A DNA stretch of 62,811 bases, filler included, from Nitrospinota bacterium (GTDB lineage Bacteria; JAUXIQ01): assembly GCA_030620925.1 (NCBI GenBank). It is 11 parts of 11 records of this genome, joined end to end, with 100 filler letters (N's around TTAATTAATTAA, not from the genome) between each part and the next. Parts side by side here need not be neighbours in the genome. Positions count along the whole stretch, not along the records: positions 18,790 to 22,149 come from JAUXIQ010000321.1; positions 22,250 to 29,176 come from JAUXIQ010000102.1; positions 29,277 to 36,924 come from JAUXIQ010000084.1; 8 more parts are not named here. One strand, written 5' to 3'. Below the pieces are notes generated by a model. That model was not told where the DNA came from, searched no databases, and saw only the letters and a program-made list of their open reading frames with translations. Positions within the stretch are counted from its first letter, which is position 1; each line of letters begins with the position of its first letter. Both the position numbers and the translations under genes were made by a program. This document shows positions 20,721 to 30,386 of this stretch, piece after piece.

Positions 20721-21281
20721 ATGTCAGATACAAAAACCATGAACGGAGTCGATATCGACCAGTTGTTTGGCACTATCGAGGCCATAAAGCACAAGGCGGA
20801 AATTGCCAGGTTCAAATTTCGGGCCTCTAATAAATGGGTCAGTGGTGGGCATAACTGTTCGACCATCAAAGATTTTTACGGTGCCTGCGAGGAGAACACG
20901 TCGAGGACAAGTCCCTTTGTTTTAGACGCGGACGAGCCTCCCGTCCTTTTAGGGGAGGATCACGGGGCCAACCCCGTGGAATTTGTCCTGCATGCGCTGG
21001 CGGCTTGCCTGACCACGAGCTTCATCTATCATGCGGCCGCCCAGGGGGTTAAAATTGAGGAATTGGAATCACAATTAGAGGGCGATCTCGACCTTCATGG
21101 GTTCCTGGGGTTGTCGGATAATGTAAGGAACGGGTATGAAAATATTAGGGTGACGTTCAAAGTAAAGTCGGATGAACCGGAGGAGAAGCTTCAGGAACTT
21201 TGCGAGTTGGCCCAAAGGCGATCGCCTGTCTTTGACGTAGTAACCAATTCAGTGCCGGTCTCGGTTAAGCTGGAATCGTAG
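20721..21281 (+). CDS. OsmC-family protein
   Basis: ADEPPVLLGEDHGANPVEFVLHALAACL, LEGDLDLHGFLG, SPVFD. Confidence 0.92.
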   Translation: MSDTKTMNGVDIDQLFGTIEAIKHKAEIARFKFRASNKWVSGGHNCSTIKDFYGACEENTSRTSPFVLDADEPPVLLGEDHGANPVEFVLHALAACLTTSFIYHAAAQGVKIEELESQLEGDLDLHGFLGLSDNVRNGYENIRVTFKVKSDEPEEKLQELCELAQRRSPVFDVVTNSVPVSVKLES

Positions 21282-21406
21282 AAACCGAAAGCCGTCCCCG
21301 GTCGGGAACAAGGTTAAGTCGGGTTGATAAGAGCCCGCCTTTTTTAGGGGCGGCGGTGCGCGGGATGGGGATCAAACAAAGGGCAAGGTGGTGTGCCCTA
21401 ATCATT

Positions 21407-22147
21407 CTATTGCATGTGTTTGGTCAGAAACTCTTTGGTCCGAACTATCGTATCTGCGGCAGCATCCGGATCGTATTTCAACTTATGGCCCTGATATGTC
21501 ACGTCCAGCCCCTCTATGTCGAAGCCGTGGTAAGCGCCGGGATAAACTTTCAGGATGACTTCATGTGCGGTCTTTTTTTTGGGCATAACCATCTTGCAAA
21601 GAATTGCAGGCGTCCAGTCGTCCAGCTCACCGATCAGGATGAGCAGCGGCGTATCCAGGGCTGTCATCGATTTTTCGCAATAAGGATAAAAAGCGACGGC
21701 TGCCCGGAAAGGATCCCCTTCAATGGGGTTCGGCATGTTGAGCGCGTAAAGTGTCGTCCAACCCCCATGCGACCATCCCATCACTGCTATCCGGTTGTCA
21801 TCCACAAACGGAAGTCTTGCAAGGTAGGATTTAGCAGTGTGTGCATCCAGCGCGCGCATTGTTGCGTTGATGGAAAACACATTATCGCAAACGTTTGATT
21901 CACCTCGCGGGCCGAAACTGTCAACCAGCAATGCAACGTAGCCCCAGTTTATAAGCCTTTTCGCCCAGGTTTGGTGGTACTCCTTAATACCTGCGCAACC
22001 ATGCAGAAGCACGACAGCGGGGAATGGTCCGTCCCCTTTCGGTCTGGTCAACTCCCCTGCAAGTGTCAGTTCTTCATCACCCTGCGTCTTGGCCTTAAAT
22101 GTGACTTCCTCGGCGGCAACAGCAGGCGTCGCAGCTAAAATCCCCAG
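21407..22147 (-). CDS. Secreted dienelactone hydrolase-family alpha/beta hydrolase (5'-truncated)
   Basis: LHGCAG, GWSHGG, GELDDWT, YPGAYHGFD; the open upstream frame reads like the end of a signal peptide (ATPAVAAEE). Confidence 0.9.
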   Translation of the reverse strand: MGILAATPAVAAEEVTFKAKTQGDEELTLAGELTRPKGDGPFPAVVLLHGCAGIKEYHQTWAKRLINWGYVALLVDSFGPRGESNVCDNVFSINATMRALDAHTAKSYLARLPFVDDNRIAVMGWSHGGWTTLYALNMPNPIEGDPFRAAVAFYPYCEKSMTALDTPLLILIGELDDWTPAILCKMVMPKKKTAHEVILKVYPGAYHGFDIEGLDVTYQGHKLKYDPDAAADTIVRTKEFLTKHMQ

Positions 22148-22249
22148 TANNNNNNNNNNNNNNNNNNNNNNNNNNNNNNNNNNNNNNNNNNNNTTAATTA
22201 ATTAANNNNNNNNNNNNNNNNNNNNNNNNNNNNNNNNNNNNNNNNNNNN

Positions 22250-23383
22250 CAATTGGAAGAGGAAAAAAGGTTGCTCTACGTGGCCATGACCCGCGTTCGT
22301 GAGCACCTGATACTGGCGGGCTCCGGTAGATTCGACAAGGAGGTCTCAGTGCAGACCCCAGCCAGCCCCATGCAAAGCGTACTGGCGGAGCTGAGACTGA
22401 TCCCCACCGATGAAGATAAAAATCAGACTTTTCCGGCAGACCCCGTAATCGTAAATTATGGCGGCTCCGAAGTCAAAATCGAGAATGTCTCAAAGGAAAG
22501 AATACCCGGTACAGCCGACCGGTCATTCACCCTCATAGACAGGTATGAAAACGAAATCGTTTCCGGCCTTAAAATCCCCGGCATAGAAACCGATAAAAAT
22601 CTTATGGACACAGTGACCGGACGGCTCGACCATAAAGAGAGACCCCTTCCCGAAAAACCGATCCCCTTGAGCATCACCGGCCTGCTGGAATACCGGCAGT
22701 GCCCCGCTCGCTACTATTTCAAATACCGGCAGGGAGTGCCGGAAGAGGAGACCTTTTTGCCGTCTAGCAGCGGCCGAATGGGCGGAGCCGAGTTCGGCTC
22801 AAGGGTTCATGACGTGCTTAATCTTTTCGATTTCGAAAAAACCCCGGAAGAACAGTTACCCGCATTGTCCCGCGCTGCGGGTATCCACCCGGATTATCAA
22901 GACGAAGTGTTGAAGCTGTTCAGGGTCTTCACCGGCTGCAACCTGTTCACAGATTTAAGGTCGGCGGATGAACTTTATCGCGAGCTCCCCTTCTCCATGA
23001 AACTGGATGGAGCGAACCTAAGCGGCGTGATGGACGCACTGTTCAGGAAAGGTGAAAGAAGCTGGTTCATACTCGACTACAAAACAGATGACGTCGAGGG
23101 AGACGAGATAACAGCCAGGGCGGAGGCTTACTTCTTCCAGATATTTCTATACGCCCTGGCTCTTCAGAAAATTTTAGGGTTCGCTCCTCAAAATATTATG
23201 TTATATTTTCTAAGACCCGGCTCAGTACAGGAAAAAGAAGTCAGTGAGTCAACACTTAGAGCCACCGGAGAAGAGGCACAAAAACTGATAGCCGGAATCA
23301 GGGGCGATGATTTCCCGCTGGTGAAATCACCGCGATGTTTTTCGTGCGCTTATGGCAGAACATTTTGTAAAATATTGGAATGA
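22250..23383 (+). CDS. addA: AddA/RecB-like helicase-nuclease C-terminus (5'-truncated)
   Basis: Helicase motif VI EEKRLLYVAMTR; CP..YY; GVMDAL...ILDYKT; Q..LYALAL; CFSCAY...C. Confidence 0.88.
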   Translation, partial: QLEEEKRLLYVAMTRVREHLILAGSGRFDKEVSVQTPASPMQSVLAELRLIPTDEDKNQTFPADPVIVNYGGSEVKIENVSKERIPGTADRSFTLIDRYENEIVSGLKIPGIETDKNLMDTVTGRLDHKERPLPEKPIPLSITGLLEYRQCPARYYFKYRQGVPEEETFLPSSSGRMGGAEFGSRVHDVLNLFDFEKTPEEQLPALSRAAGIHPDYQDEVLKLFRVFTGCNLFTDLRSADELYRELPFSMKLDGANLSGVMDALFRKGERSWFILDYKTDDVEGDEITARAEAYFFQIFLYALALQKILGFAPQNIMLYFLRPGSVQEKEVSESTLRATGEEAQKLIAGIRGDDFPLVKSPRCFSCAYGRTFCKILE

Positions 23384-23427
23384 GATATTTTTCCTTCCGT
23401 TGAAGCGAAAAATAAGGAAAGATACTA

Positions 23428-23676
23428 ATGAAAGAAGTTAAAATATTAAAAGACCGCAGGGTAAATGACGTAAGCATGGGATTCTTCTGCCAGCACAAAA
23501 TGGCTGAAGTTAAACTCACGCTGGACGTTTCGGCGGAAACCATAGAGACCGGGGGCGAGCAGCCCGGCGAGAGGAAAAAACTAATACGAAGCAGATGCGA
23601 TCATCAGGACCAAAGCTGTGGCGGCTGCAGGGAAACAGAGAAGATTAAAGCCAAGCTGGAATTCTTCGAGTTGTAG
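23428..23676 (+). CDS. Small hypothetical protein with four Cys
   Basis: AAGGAAAG SD, co-oriented between neighbours; FFC...RCDHQDQSCGGC. Confidence 0.6.
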   Translation: MKEVKILKDRRVNDVSMGFFCQHKMAEVKLTLDVSAETIETGGEQPGERKKLIRSRCDHQDQSCGGCRETEKIKAKLEFFEL

Positions 23677-23723
23677 GCAATTTTTTCTCAATACTCAATC
23701 CAAAAAGAGGCGGTTTGCGGCTT

Positions 23724-24566
23724 ATGTTTAAAATTAACTTACTTAAGGAGTTGCGCGGCGGACAAAAGGCCAAATCCACTGACGGTGCAAAAAAAGAGAA
23801 GCCTAAGTCGCGACCGATTGTACTGATTCTGATAGCCGCGCTCGTTGCGGTGTTCGCCTGGGCTTACTTCAAGGGCGGCGTGCAGGAAAAATTGATTACG
23901 GTGATCAAGCTGGAGAAAGAAAAACCTCCGCCCCCCCCCGTAACCCCCAGGAAGAGTCCTCCTGCCCAATCCCAACAAACCACACAGGTTGTGGAAGAAA
24001 AGAAGAGGCCCGGCCCCATACCGGCTGAAACCGTTAAACAAAAACCGCCGGCTGCAAGCCCTCCTGCTGAAAAAGAAAAATCGCTCAAACTACCTGATAA
24101 CCGGACGCCTGTGGTATTGCACCTGGCTTCATTCAAGTCGGAGGAAGTTGCCGCAAAAACCGTTAATATCCTGGCTAAAAAAGGATACCATGCCTTCATG
24201 GCCGTTTACGACGTACCGAACAAGGGCAGATGGTTCAGGGTCTATTCAGGCCGTTATGGAACTGTTGCTGAAGCCGAAGCAGCAGCGGTGAAATTGAAAA
24301 ATTCTGCTCTCACAAAATACGCCATGCCCACTAAACTCCCTTACGCGCTGCAGGTAGGTGTATACGGCACCCATAAGAAGGCAGCCAAACGACAGGATAA
24401 GCTCGATCTTCTCGGATACCCGTCTGCAGTTATACAAGTACGAGGAAACGACGGGAATCTCTATTATCGCCTGCTGGTGGGGGCCTACAAAAGCGGAGGT
24501 GATTCCACCAAAATGGCGGCCAGGTTGAAAACCGACGGGTATCCGGCTGTTCTGGTAGCTCCCTAG
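23724..24566 (+). CDS. Membrane-anchored protein with two SPOR domains
   Basis: TM helix, Pro-rich linker, LHLASFK...WFRVYSGRY and LQVGVY...YYRLLVGAY. Confidence 0.88.
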   Translation: MFKINLLKELRGGQKAKSTDGAKKEKPKSRPIVLILIAALVAVFAWAYFKGGVQEKLITVIKLEKEKPPPPPVTPRKSPPAQSQQTTQVVEEKKRPGPIPAETVKQKPPAASPPAEKEKSLKLPDNRTPVVLHLASFKSEEVAAKTVNILAKKGYHAFMAVYDVPNKGRWFRVYSGRYGTVAEAEAAAVKLKNSALTKYAMPTKLPYALQVGVYGTHKKAAKRQDKLDLLGYPSAVIQVRGNDGNLYYRLLVGAYKSGGDSTKMAARLKTDGYPAVLVAP

Positions 24567-24665
24567 TGCCCGGTATTCATCTGAGGCAGAAACAATACTC
24601 ATAGTAACCATCCCAACTGCACACCTTCATAAATCTAACAACCGCCTTACAGGAGAAAAGCGTAG

Positions 24666-25928
24666 ATGAAAGAACGCGGACAGAACGGCCTATTCTACGG
24701 TTGGCGCATAGTCGGCTGGGCTTTCGCTATATACACCATCTCCTATGGGATGTCCGGCGTTTTCGGCGTATTTCTGAAGCCACTCTCGCTCGAGTTCGGC
24801 TGGACACGGGGGATGACATCTACCGCCTACTCCGTCAATCAGATAATGTTCGGCCTGTTCGCCCTGATCTCGGGATTTCTTTCAGACAGGTACGGCGTCC
24901 GCAAAGTGCTTATAGTGAACGGCGTAATATACGCCATCGGGCTGATGCTGATCAGCAAGACCTCTTCCATCTGGCACCTCTACCTCTTCTACGGAGTCAT
25001 AGCAGGGATGGGATACGGGTCGCTCGTCGTGCCCCCCGTGACGGCTGTCACCAGATGGTTCGACAAAAAACGGGGCATCGCCGTAGGCATAACACAGAGC
25101 GGGGCTGGAATCGGATGGCTCATCCTCTCCCCGCTGGCGGCATATCTTATTTACCACTACGGCTGGAGAAACTCTTACATCATCTTCGGCCTGATAGCCC
25201 TGGGCGTACTCGTCCCCTTTACCCTACTTTTCAAAGACAAGCCCTCAGACCTGGGGCTCAAAGCGTACGGTGAAGAGGCGCAGGCCGCAGCTCACATCAC
25301 GGAGCCGGACAGAGGGAACCACCTCACAGGCCGCGAGGCCATCAGGACGCGGCCCTTCTGGTTCCTCAACTCCATCCACTTCTCCGACTGTATATGCCAC
25401 TCAATAATCCTGGTACACATCGTGGCCTACCTCACTGACATCGGTTTCCATCCGGCCAGGGCCGCAAGCGTGCTGGGAGTGGTGGGTGGTGCAGCGGCGG
25501 CGGGCACCATAATCAGCGGCGCGTTGGCGGACAGAATAGGCGGCCGCGACGCATTGAGAGCCGCCCTGATGATCCAGGCGGCCATGGTCTTCCTGCTCCC
25601 CATAACCGATAATGTGTGGTTAATACATGTTACCGCTGCACTATTCGGCATGGGTATAGGCGGTCTGATCACCCCCTACCCGGTGCTCACCAGAGAATAT
25701 TTCAGTGAAGCCACGGCGGGGACCATCTACGGCGGCCTGCTAACCAGCGCTACTGCCGGCATGGCCCTGGGCGGTTACCTGGGCGGTTACCTTTTTGATA
25801 TAACCGGAGATTACGAGCTGTCATTCAAGGTAAGCCTGACTGCCGGACTGGCGGCGCTGACCCTGGGCCTGGCGCTCAGAAAACCGGCTAAAGAGCCGGA
25901 GGCATCGCCCGCTCTACAGCCCGAATAG
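24666..25928 (+). CDS. MFS transporter (OFA/MCT-like)
   Basis: FYGWRIV, GFLSDRYGVRKV, RWFDKKRGIAVG, GALADRIG. Confidence 0.93.
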   Translation: MKERGQNGLFYGWRIVGWAFAIYTISYGMSGVFGVFLKPLSLEFGWTRGMTSTAYSVNQIMFGLFALISGFLSDRYGVRKVLIVNGVIYAIGLMLISKTSSIWHLYLFYGVIAGMGYGSLVVPPVTAVTRWFDKKRGIAVGITQSGAGIGWLILSPLAAYLIYHYGWRNSYIIFGLIALGVLVPFTLLFKDKPSDLGLKAYGEEAQAAAHITEPDRGNHLTGREAIRTRPFWFLNSIHFSDCICHSIILVHIVAYLTDIGFHPARAASVLGVVGGAAAAGTIISGALADRIGGRDALRAALMIQAAMVFLLPITDNVWLIHVTAALFGMGIGGLITPYPVLTREYFSEATAGTIYGGLLTSATAGMALGGYLGGYLFDITGDYELSFKVSLTAGLAALTLGLALRKPAKEPEASPALQPE

Positions 25929-26075
25929 CTATGAGGCGTTCAATTATGAATATAAAAAGTACGACTTCCAGCGTTTCATTATATCTGCAGGGTTGAATTT
26001 CAATTGATATAATGGTATTGAACTATTTGGGAAATCAGTTTTTTTATCCGCACATTAGCCCAAAAGGAGAAAGCC

Positions 26076-27455
26076 ATGGGGGGATACGACCAGGAGTTCA
26101 TCGAATCCTTACGCGAGGGAGATTTGAACCACATCCTTCATCCATTCACTAAGCTCAAAGACCATAACCAGCAAGGCCCGCGCATCATAACCAAAGCAGA
26201 GGGCGTCAAAGTGGAAGACATCGAAGGCAACAGCTTATTCGATGGTCTTTCCGGGCTATGGAACGTGAACATCGGCCATCATCAGCTGGAGGTCGCCGAT
26301 GCCGTCAGAGAGCAGATGGGAACGCTGGAATACGCGCCCTCTTTCTTCGGCTATTCCAACATCCCCGCCATCAAGCTGGCCGAGAAAGTCGCATCGCTTC
26401 TCCCCGGCAGCCTGAACCGCGTCATGTTCACCTGCGGCGGCTCGGAATCCAACGAGAGCAATCTCAAGATGGCCCGCTACTACTTCAAACTCAAGGGGCA
26501 GCCTGAAAAGATCAAGATAGTATCCCGCAACCAGGCTTACCACGGCGTTTCCATGGGGGCGCTGAGCGCCACCGGCATACCCCTGTTCTGGGAGATGTTC
26601 GAGCCCCTTCTGCCCGGCTTCGTGCACATACCCTCCCCCTACTGCTACCGGTGCGAATTTCAGAAGGAATACCCCTCATGCGACATGGAATGCGCCCACG
26701 AGCTGGATAAAGTAATACAGGAAGAGGGGCCGGAGACGGTGGCGGCGTTCATCGCCGAGCCGGTTATAGGCGCCGGGGGCGTGATCGCACCCCCGGATGA
26801 GTATTTCCCCATCATTCGTGAAATATGCGATAAGCACGACGTGCTGTTCATAGCCGACGAGGTGATCACCGGCTTCGGACGCACGGGCAAGATGTTCGGG
26901 ATGGATAACTGGGGAGTCGTCCCCGATATGGTCTCCATCGCCAAGGGCATAACCAGCGGTTATATCCCCCTGGGGGCTGCGGTCATCAAGGATGAAATGT
27001 ACGAAACCTTCCTGGAGAAGACGCCCGAAGGGATGCCTTTCCTGCACGGCTTCACCTATAACGGCCACCCCGTGGCCTGCGCCGCAGGGCTCAAAAACAT
27101 AGAGATAATAGAGCGCGACGGCCTGGTGGAAAACGCCGCGGAAGTAGGCGCACACTTGCAGGCGCAGCTCCAGGAGCTCAGCGACGTGAGCATAGTGGGA
27201 GAAGTCAGAGGCATGGGAATGATGTCCGCCATCGAGCTGGTGGACGACAAAGAGACCAAGGAGCATTTCGAGCCCCTGGGAGCGCCCGGCCTTCAGGTGG
27301 CAAACAAGTCCTGGCAGAAAGGGCTTTTGACCAGGGCCATCGGCGATACCCTGGCCCTTGCTCCGCCCCTGACCTGTACGAAAGAGGACATCGACCAGAT
27401 TTGCAACATCTTCCGTGAATCGCTGGAAGAGACGGATAAAGAAGTGCGGGGCTGA
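26076..27455 (+). CDS. Class III PLP aminotransferase (omega-amino acid/polyamine type)
   Basis: SGLWNVNIG, GGSESNE, AYHG, FIADEVITGFGRTG, AKGITSGY, HGFTY. Confidence 0.95.
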   Translation: MGGYDQEFIESLREGDLNHILHPFTKLKDHNQQGPRIITKAEGVKVEDIEGNSLFDGLSGLWNVNIGHHQLEVADAVREQMGTLEYAPSFFGYSNIPAIKLAEKVASLLPGSLNRVMFTCGGSESNESNLKMARYYFKLKGQPEKIKIVSRNQAYHGVSMGALSATGIPLFWEMFEPLLPGFVHIPSPYCYRCEFQKEYPSCDMECAHELDKVIQEEGPETVAAFIAEPVIGAGGVIAPPDEYFPIIREICDKHDVLFIADEVITGFGRTGKMFGMDNWGVVPDMVSIAKGITSGYIPLGAAVIKDEMYETFLEKTPEGMPFLHGFTYNGHPVACAAGLKNIEIIERDGLVENAAEVGAHLQAQLQELSDVSIVGEVRGMGMMSAIELVDDKETKEHFEPLGAPGLQVANKSWQKGLLTRAIGDTLALAPPLTCTKEDIDQICNIFRESLEETDKEVRG

Positions 27456-27522
27456 TCCGGCCGGCTGCCATCTGCTCGAACTGCGCGCACAACGACAGGT
27501 CTGTGTATGGAGAGATACGTTC

Positions 27523-29115
27523 ATGTTCCGGCCCATGCTGCCCCTCGATTTCCTGAATCGCTCCAGGAGGCTTTTTCCGGATAAGACGGCGGTAGTCGAC
27601 GGCGAAACCGAACATACGTACGGTGAACTCGGTGATCGCGTGGACCGCTTCTCCAACGTCCTCCTGGACATGGGAATAAAAAAGGGGGACAAGGTTGCCA
27701 TCCTTTCCCCCAACACCCGCCACATGCTGGAATCCTTCTTCTCCGTGCCCCAGACGGGCGCCATCCTCGTCCCTCTCAACTACAGGCTCAACCCCGATGA
27801 GCTGAGCTACATCATAAACCACTCCGACAGCAAGATCGTCCTGGTGGACTACGAATACGCGCCGCTCCTGGAATCCGCGGCCGGTGAGCTTAAAAAGGTG
27901 GAAAAATATATTCTCACCGGCGACGGCGATTACGGGGGCGGACTCACCATTGTGAAATACGAAGACCTGCTCGAGGACGCATCCGCTGAGCCGCCGCCAG
28001 ACGCTGGACTGGAGGAGACGGACCTCGCCACCATCAACTATACCAGCGGCACCACGGCCAACCCCAAAGGCGTGATGCTCAGCCACAGGGCTTGCTACCT
28101 CAACGCCTGCGACTATCTCATCCACCTGCGCGTGGTCTATCAAGACGTATACCTCCACACACTGCCCATGTTCCACGCCAACGGATGGGGCGGTATCTGG
28201 GCCCTGGCAGCCATAGGCGGCACGCAGATATGCCTGCGAAAAGTTGAGGCGCAGCCCATTTACGAGTATCTGCAGAACAGAGAGGTTACCCTGGCCTGCT
28301 GCGCACCCACGGTGCTGGTCACATTGGCCAGCTACGAAGGGGCCGGGGATTACAAGCTCGCCGACGGTATCCGCATGGGCACCGGCGGCGCGGCGCCCCC
28401 GGCGGCGGTGCTAAAAAACATGGAGCAGTTTGGAGTGGAGGTCATCCACCTCTACGGCCTCACCGAAACCGGCCCCCTCCTCACCACCTGCGTCTGGAAA
28501 CCCGAATGGGACGAACTGCCCCTGGAGGAGCGCTACCGCCTCAAGGCCCGCCAGGGGGTCTCCCAGGTGCTGACGGACGTGAGGGTCATGGACGAAAACA
28601 TGGCCGAAGTCCCCAACGACGGGAAGACCATCGGCGAAATAGTTGCCCGGGGCAACACGATCATGGAGGGCTACTACAAGCAGGAGGATGAGACGGCCCG
28701 TGCCTTCGAAGGCGGCTGGTTCCACAGCGGTGACCTGGCGGTGGTGCACCCCGACAACTATATCGAAATCATGGACCGCAAGAAGGACGTCATCATCAGC
28801 GGTGGTGAGAACATATCCTCAGTGGAAGTGGAAAACATGCTCTACCAGCATCCCGCCGTCCTGGAAGCGGCGGTGGTGGGAGTTCCCGACGAGAAGTGGG
28901 GCGAGGCCCCCAGAGCGCTGGTGGTGCTGCGGGAGGGCAAGAAAGCCGGTGAGGATGAGCTGATAAAATTCTGCCACGAAAAAATGGCCCACTTCAAAGC
29001 CCCAAAGTCCGTCGTCTTCATCGACGAGCTGCCCAAGACGGCCACCGGCAAAGTCCAAAAATTCGCCCTCCGCGATAAATACTGGGAAGGCAGAGATAAA
29101 CGCGTCCACGGCTGA
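27523..29115 (+). CDS. Acyl-CoA synthetase (AMP-forming)
   Basis: YTSGTTANPKG, YGLTET, FHSGD, DRKKD..ISGGENI, PKTATGK. Confidence 0.95.
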   Translation: MFRPMLPLDFLNRSRRLFPDKTAVVDGETEHTYGELGDRVDRFSNVLLDMGIKKGDKVAILSPNTRHMLESFFSVPQTGAILVPLNYRLNPDELSYIINHSDSKIVLVDYEYAPLLESAAGELKKVEKYILTGDGDYGGGLTIVKYEDLLEDASAEPPPDAGLEETDLATINYTSGTTANPKGVMLSHRACYLNACDYLIHLRVVYQDVYLHTLPMFHANGWGGIWALAAIGGTQICLRKVEAQPIYEYLQNREVTLACCAPTVLVTLASYEGAGDYKLADGIRMGTGGAAPPAAVLKNMEQFGVEVIHLYGLTETGPLLTTCVWKPEWDELPLEERYRLKARQGVSQVLTDVRVMDENMAEVPNDGKTIGEIVARGNTIMEGYYKQEDETARAFEGGWFHSGDLAVVHPDNYIEIMDRKKDVIISGGENISSVEVENMLYQHPAVLEAAVVGVPDEKWGEAPRALVVLREGKKAGEDELIKFCHEKMAHFKAPKSVVFIDELPKTATGKVQKFALRDKYWEGRDKRVHG

Positions 29116-29298
29116 TTGCCTGAACCGGGAAGGTTTATCCTTCGGAGTGAACCCTTTCGACGTTTTTGATGACACCNNNNNNNNNNNNNNNNNNNNNNNN
29201 NNNNNNNNNNNNNNNNNNNNTTAATTAATTAANNNNNNNNNNNNNNNNNNNNNNNNNNNNNNNNNNNNNNNNNNNNACATATCGAGGAGACTGAATGA

Positions 29299-30303
29299 GT
29301 GCCCTCTTTTCAGAAAAGAATTACTATAATAGTACTGCTCCTGGTAATTATAGTTTCGGCGGGCACCATCGGCTACCGGATTATGGGATGGACTTTGCTG
29401 GATGCCGTTTTCATGACGGTCATCACCCTGACCACGGTGGGTTACGAAGAAGTGCATACCCTCTCGGAAGGAGGCAAAGTATTCACCATCTTTCTGATAT
29501 TATCCGGCCTTGGTGTCCTTTTTTACGGGATAACTAATATCACGGCGTTTATAGTAGAAGGCGAGTTGACAGATATCCTGACAAGGAGAAAGATGGAAAA
29601 GGCCGTATCGAAATTAAAAGATCACTTCATAGTTTGCGGGCTGGGCAAGACGGGGAAGCACGTCATCGAAGAGCTGATTAAGAATGAGTCTAAGTTCGTA
29701 GCCATCGAAAAGGGCATGGACAAGATAGAAGAAGCCAGGAGGATGGGAGATATCTTGTGCGTCCACGGGGATGCAACGAAAAACGAAACTTTGCTCGATG
29801 CCAACATAGAGCACGCCGGTGGCCTGGTTACCACGCTGCCCGCGGACAGTGAAAACCTGTTCGTGGTCCTCTCCGCCAGAGAGATGAATCCCGACCTGCG
29901 AATAGTTAGCAGGGTAATCGAGGAAGACGCCGAGCATAAGCTCTACAAGGTCGGCGCCAACTCGGTTGTTTCCACCGATTACATCAGCGGCCTGAGAATG
30001 GCCTCCGAGCTTATAAGGCCGTCAGTCGTCTCTTTCCTGGACTTGATGTTCAGAGACTCGAGCAGGACCCTGCGGGTGAGCGAGATGGATATCCCTGATA
30101 AATCCAAGATGTCGGGGATTACCATACAGGATGCGGAATTGAGGGAGAAGGCGGGGGTACTGGTTCTGGCTATAAGGAGGAAGGGGGAAAAAGATTTCAT
30201 TTACGGCCCCTCCGCCCGCGAAAAAATTCAGGAGGGTGATACGCTCATCCTCCTGGGGGATTTAGACCAGTTGAGAACGCTTGAAGAGCTTTTTAAGCCG
30301 TGA
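29299..30303 (+). CDS. 2-TM potassium channel with RCK domains (MthK/Kch-like)
   Basis: Selectivity filter TTVGY, HFIVCGLGKTG, TrkA_C domain. Confidence 0.93.
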   Translation: MPSFQKRITIIVLLLVIIVSAGTIGYRIMGWTLLDAVFMTVITLTTVGYEEVHTLSEGGKVFTIFLILSGLGVLFYGITNITAFIVEGELTDILTRRKMEKAVSKLKDHFIVCGLGKTGKHVIEELIKNESKFVAIEKGMDKIEEARRMGDILCVHGDATKNETLLDANIEHAGGLVTTLPADSENLFVVLSAREMNPDLRIVSRVIEEDAEHKLYKVGANSVVSTDYISGLRMASELIRPSVVSFLDLMFRDSSRTLRVSEMDIPDKSKMSGITIQDAELREKAGVLVLAIRRKGEKDFIYGPSAREKIQEGDTLILLGDLDQLRTLEELFKP

Positions 30304-30386
30304 TGGTTCTGAATGCGGTTTACCTTGATTTAGGGAGACAGCAATTCTCTGATCTTACACACCGTATTTCATAAGGAGGTATACCC

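Noticed and set aside
26676-28176. Long antisense or alternative-frame ORFs (also e.g. 2487-3227, 35084-36025, 57328-58221, 61344-62192)
   Set aside because: Shadows of well-supported genes caused by GC-rich codon usage; no recognisable motifs.
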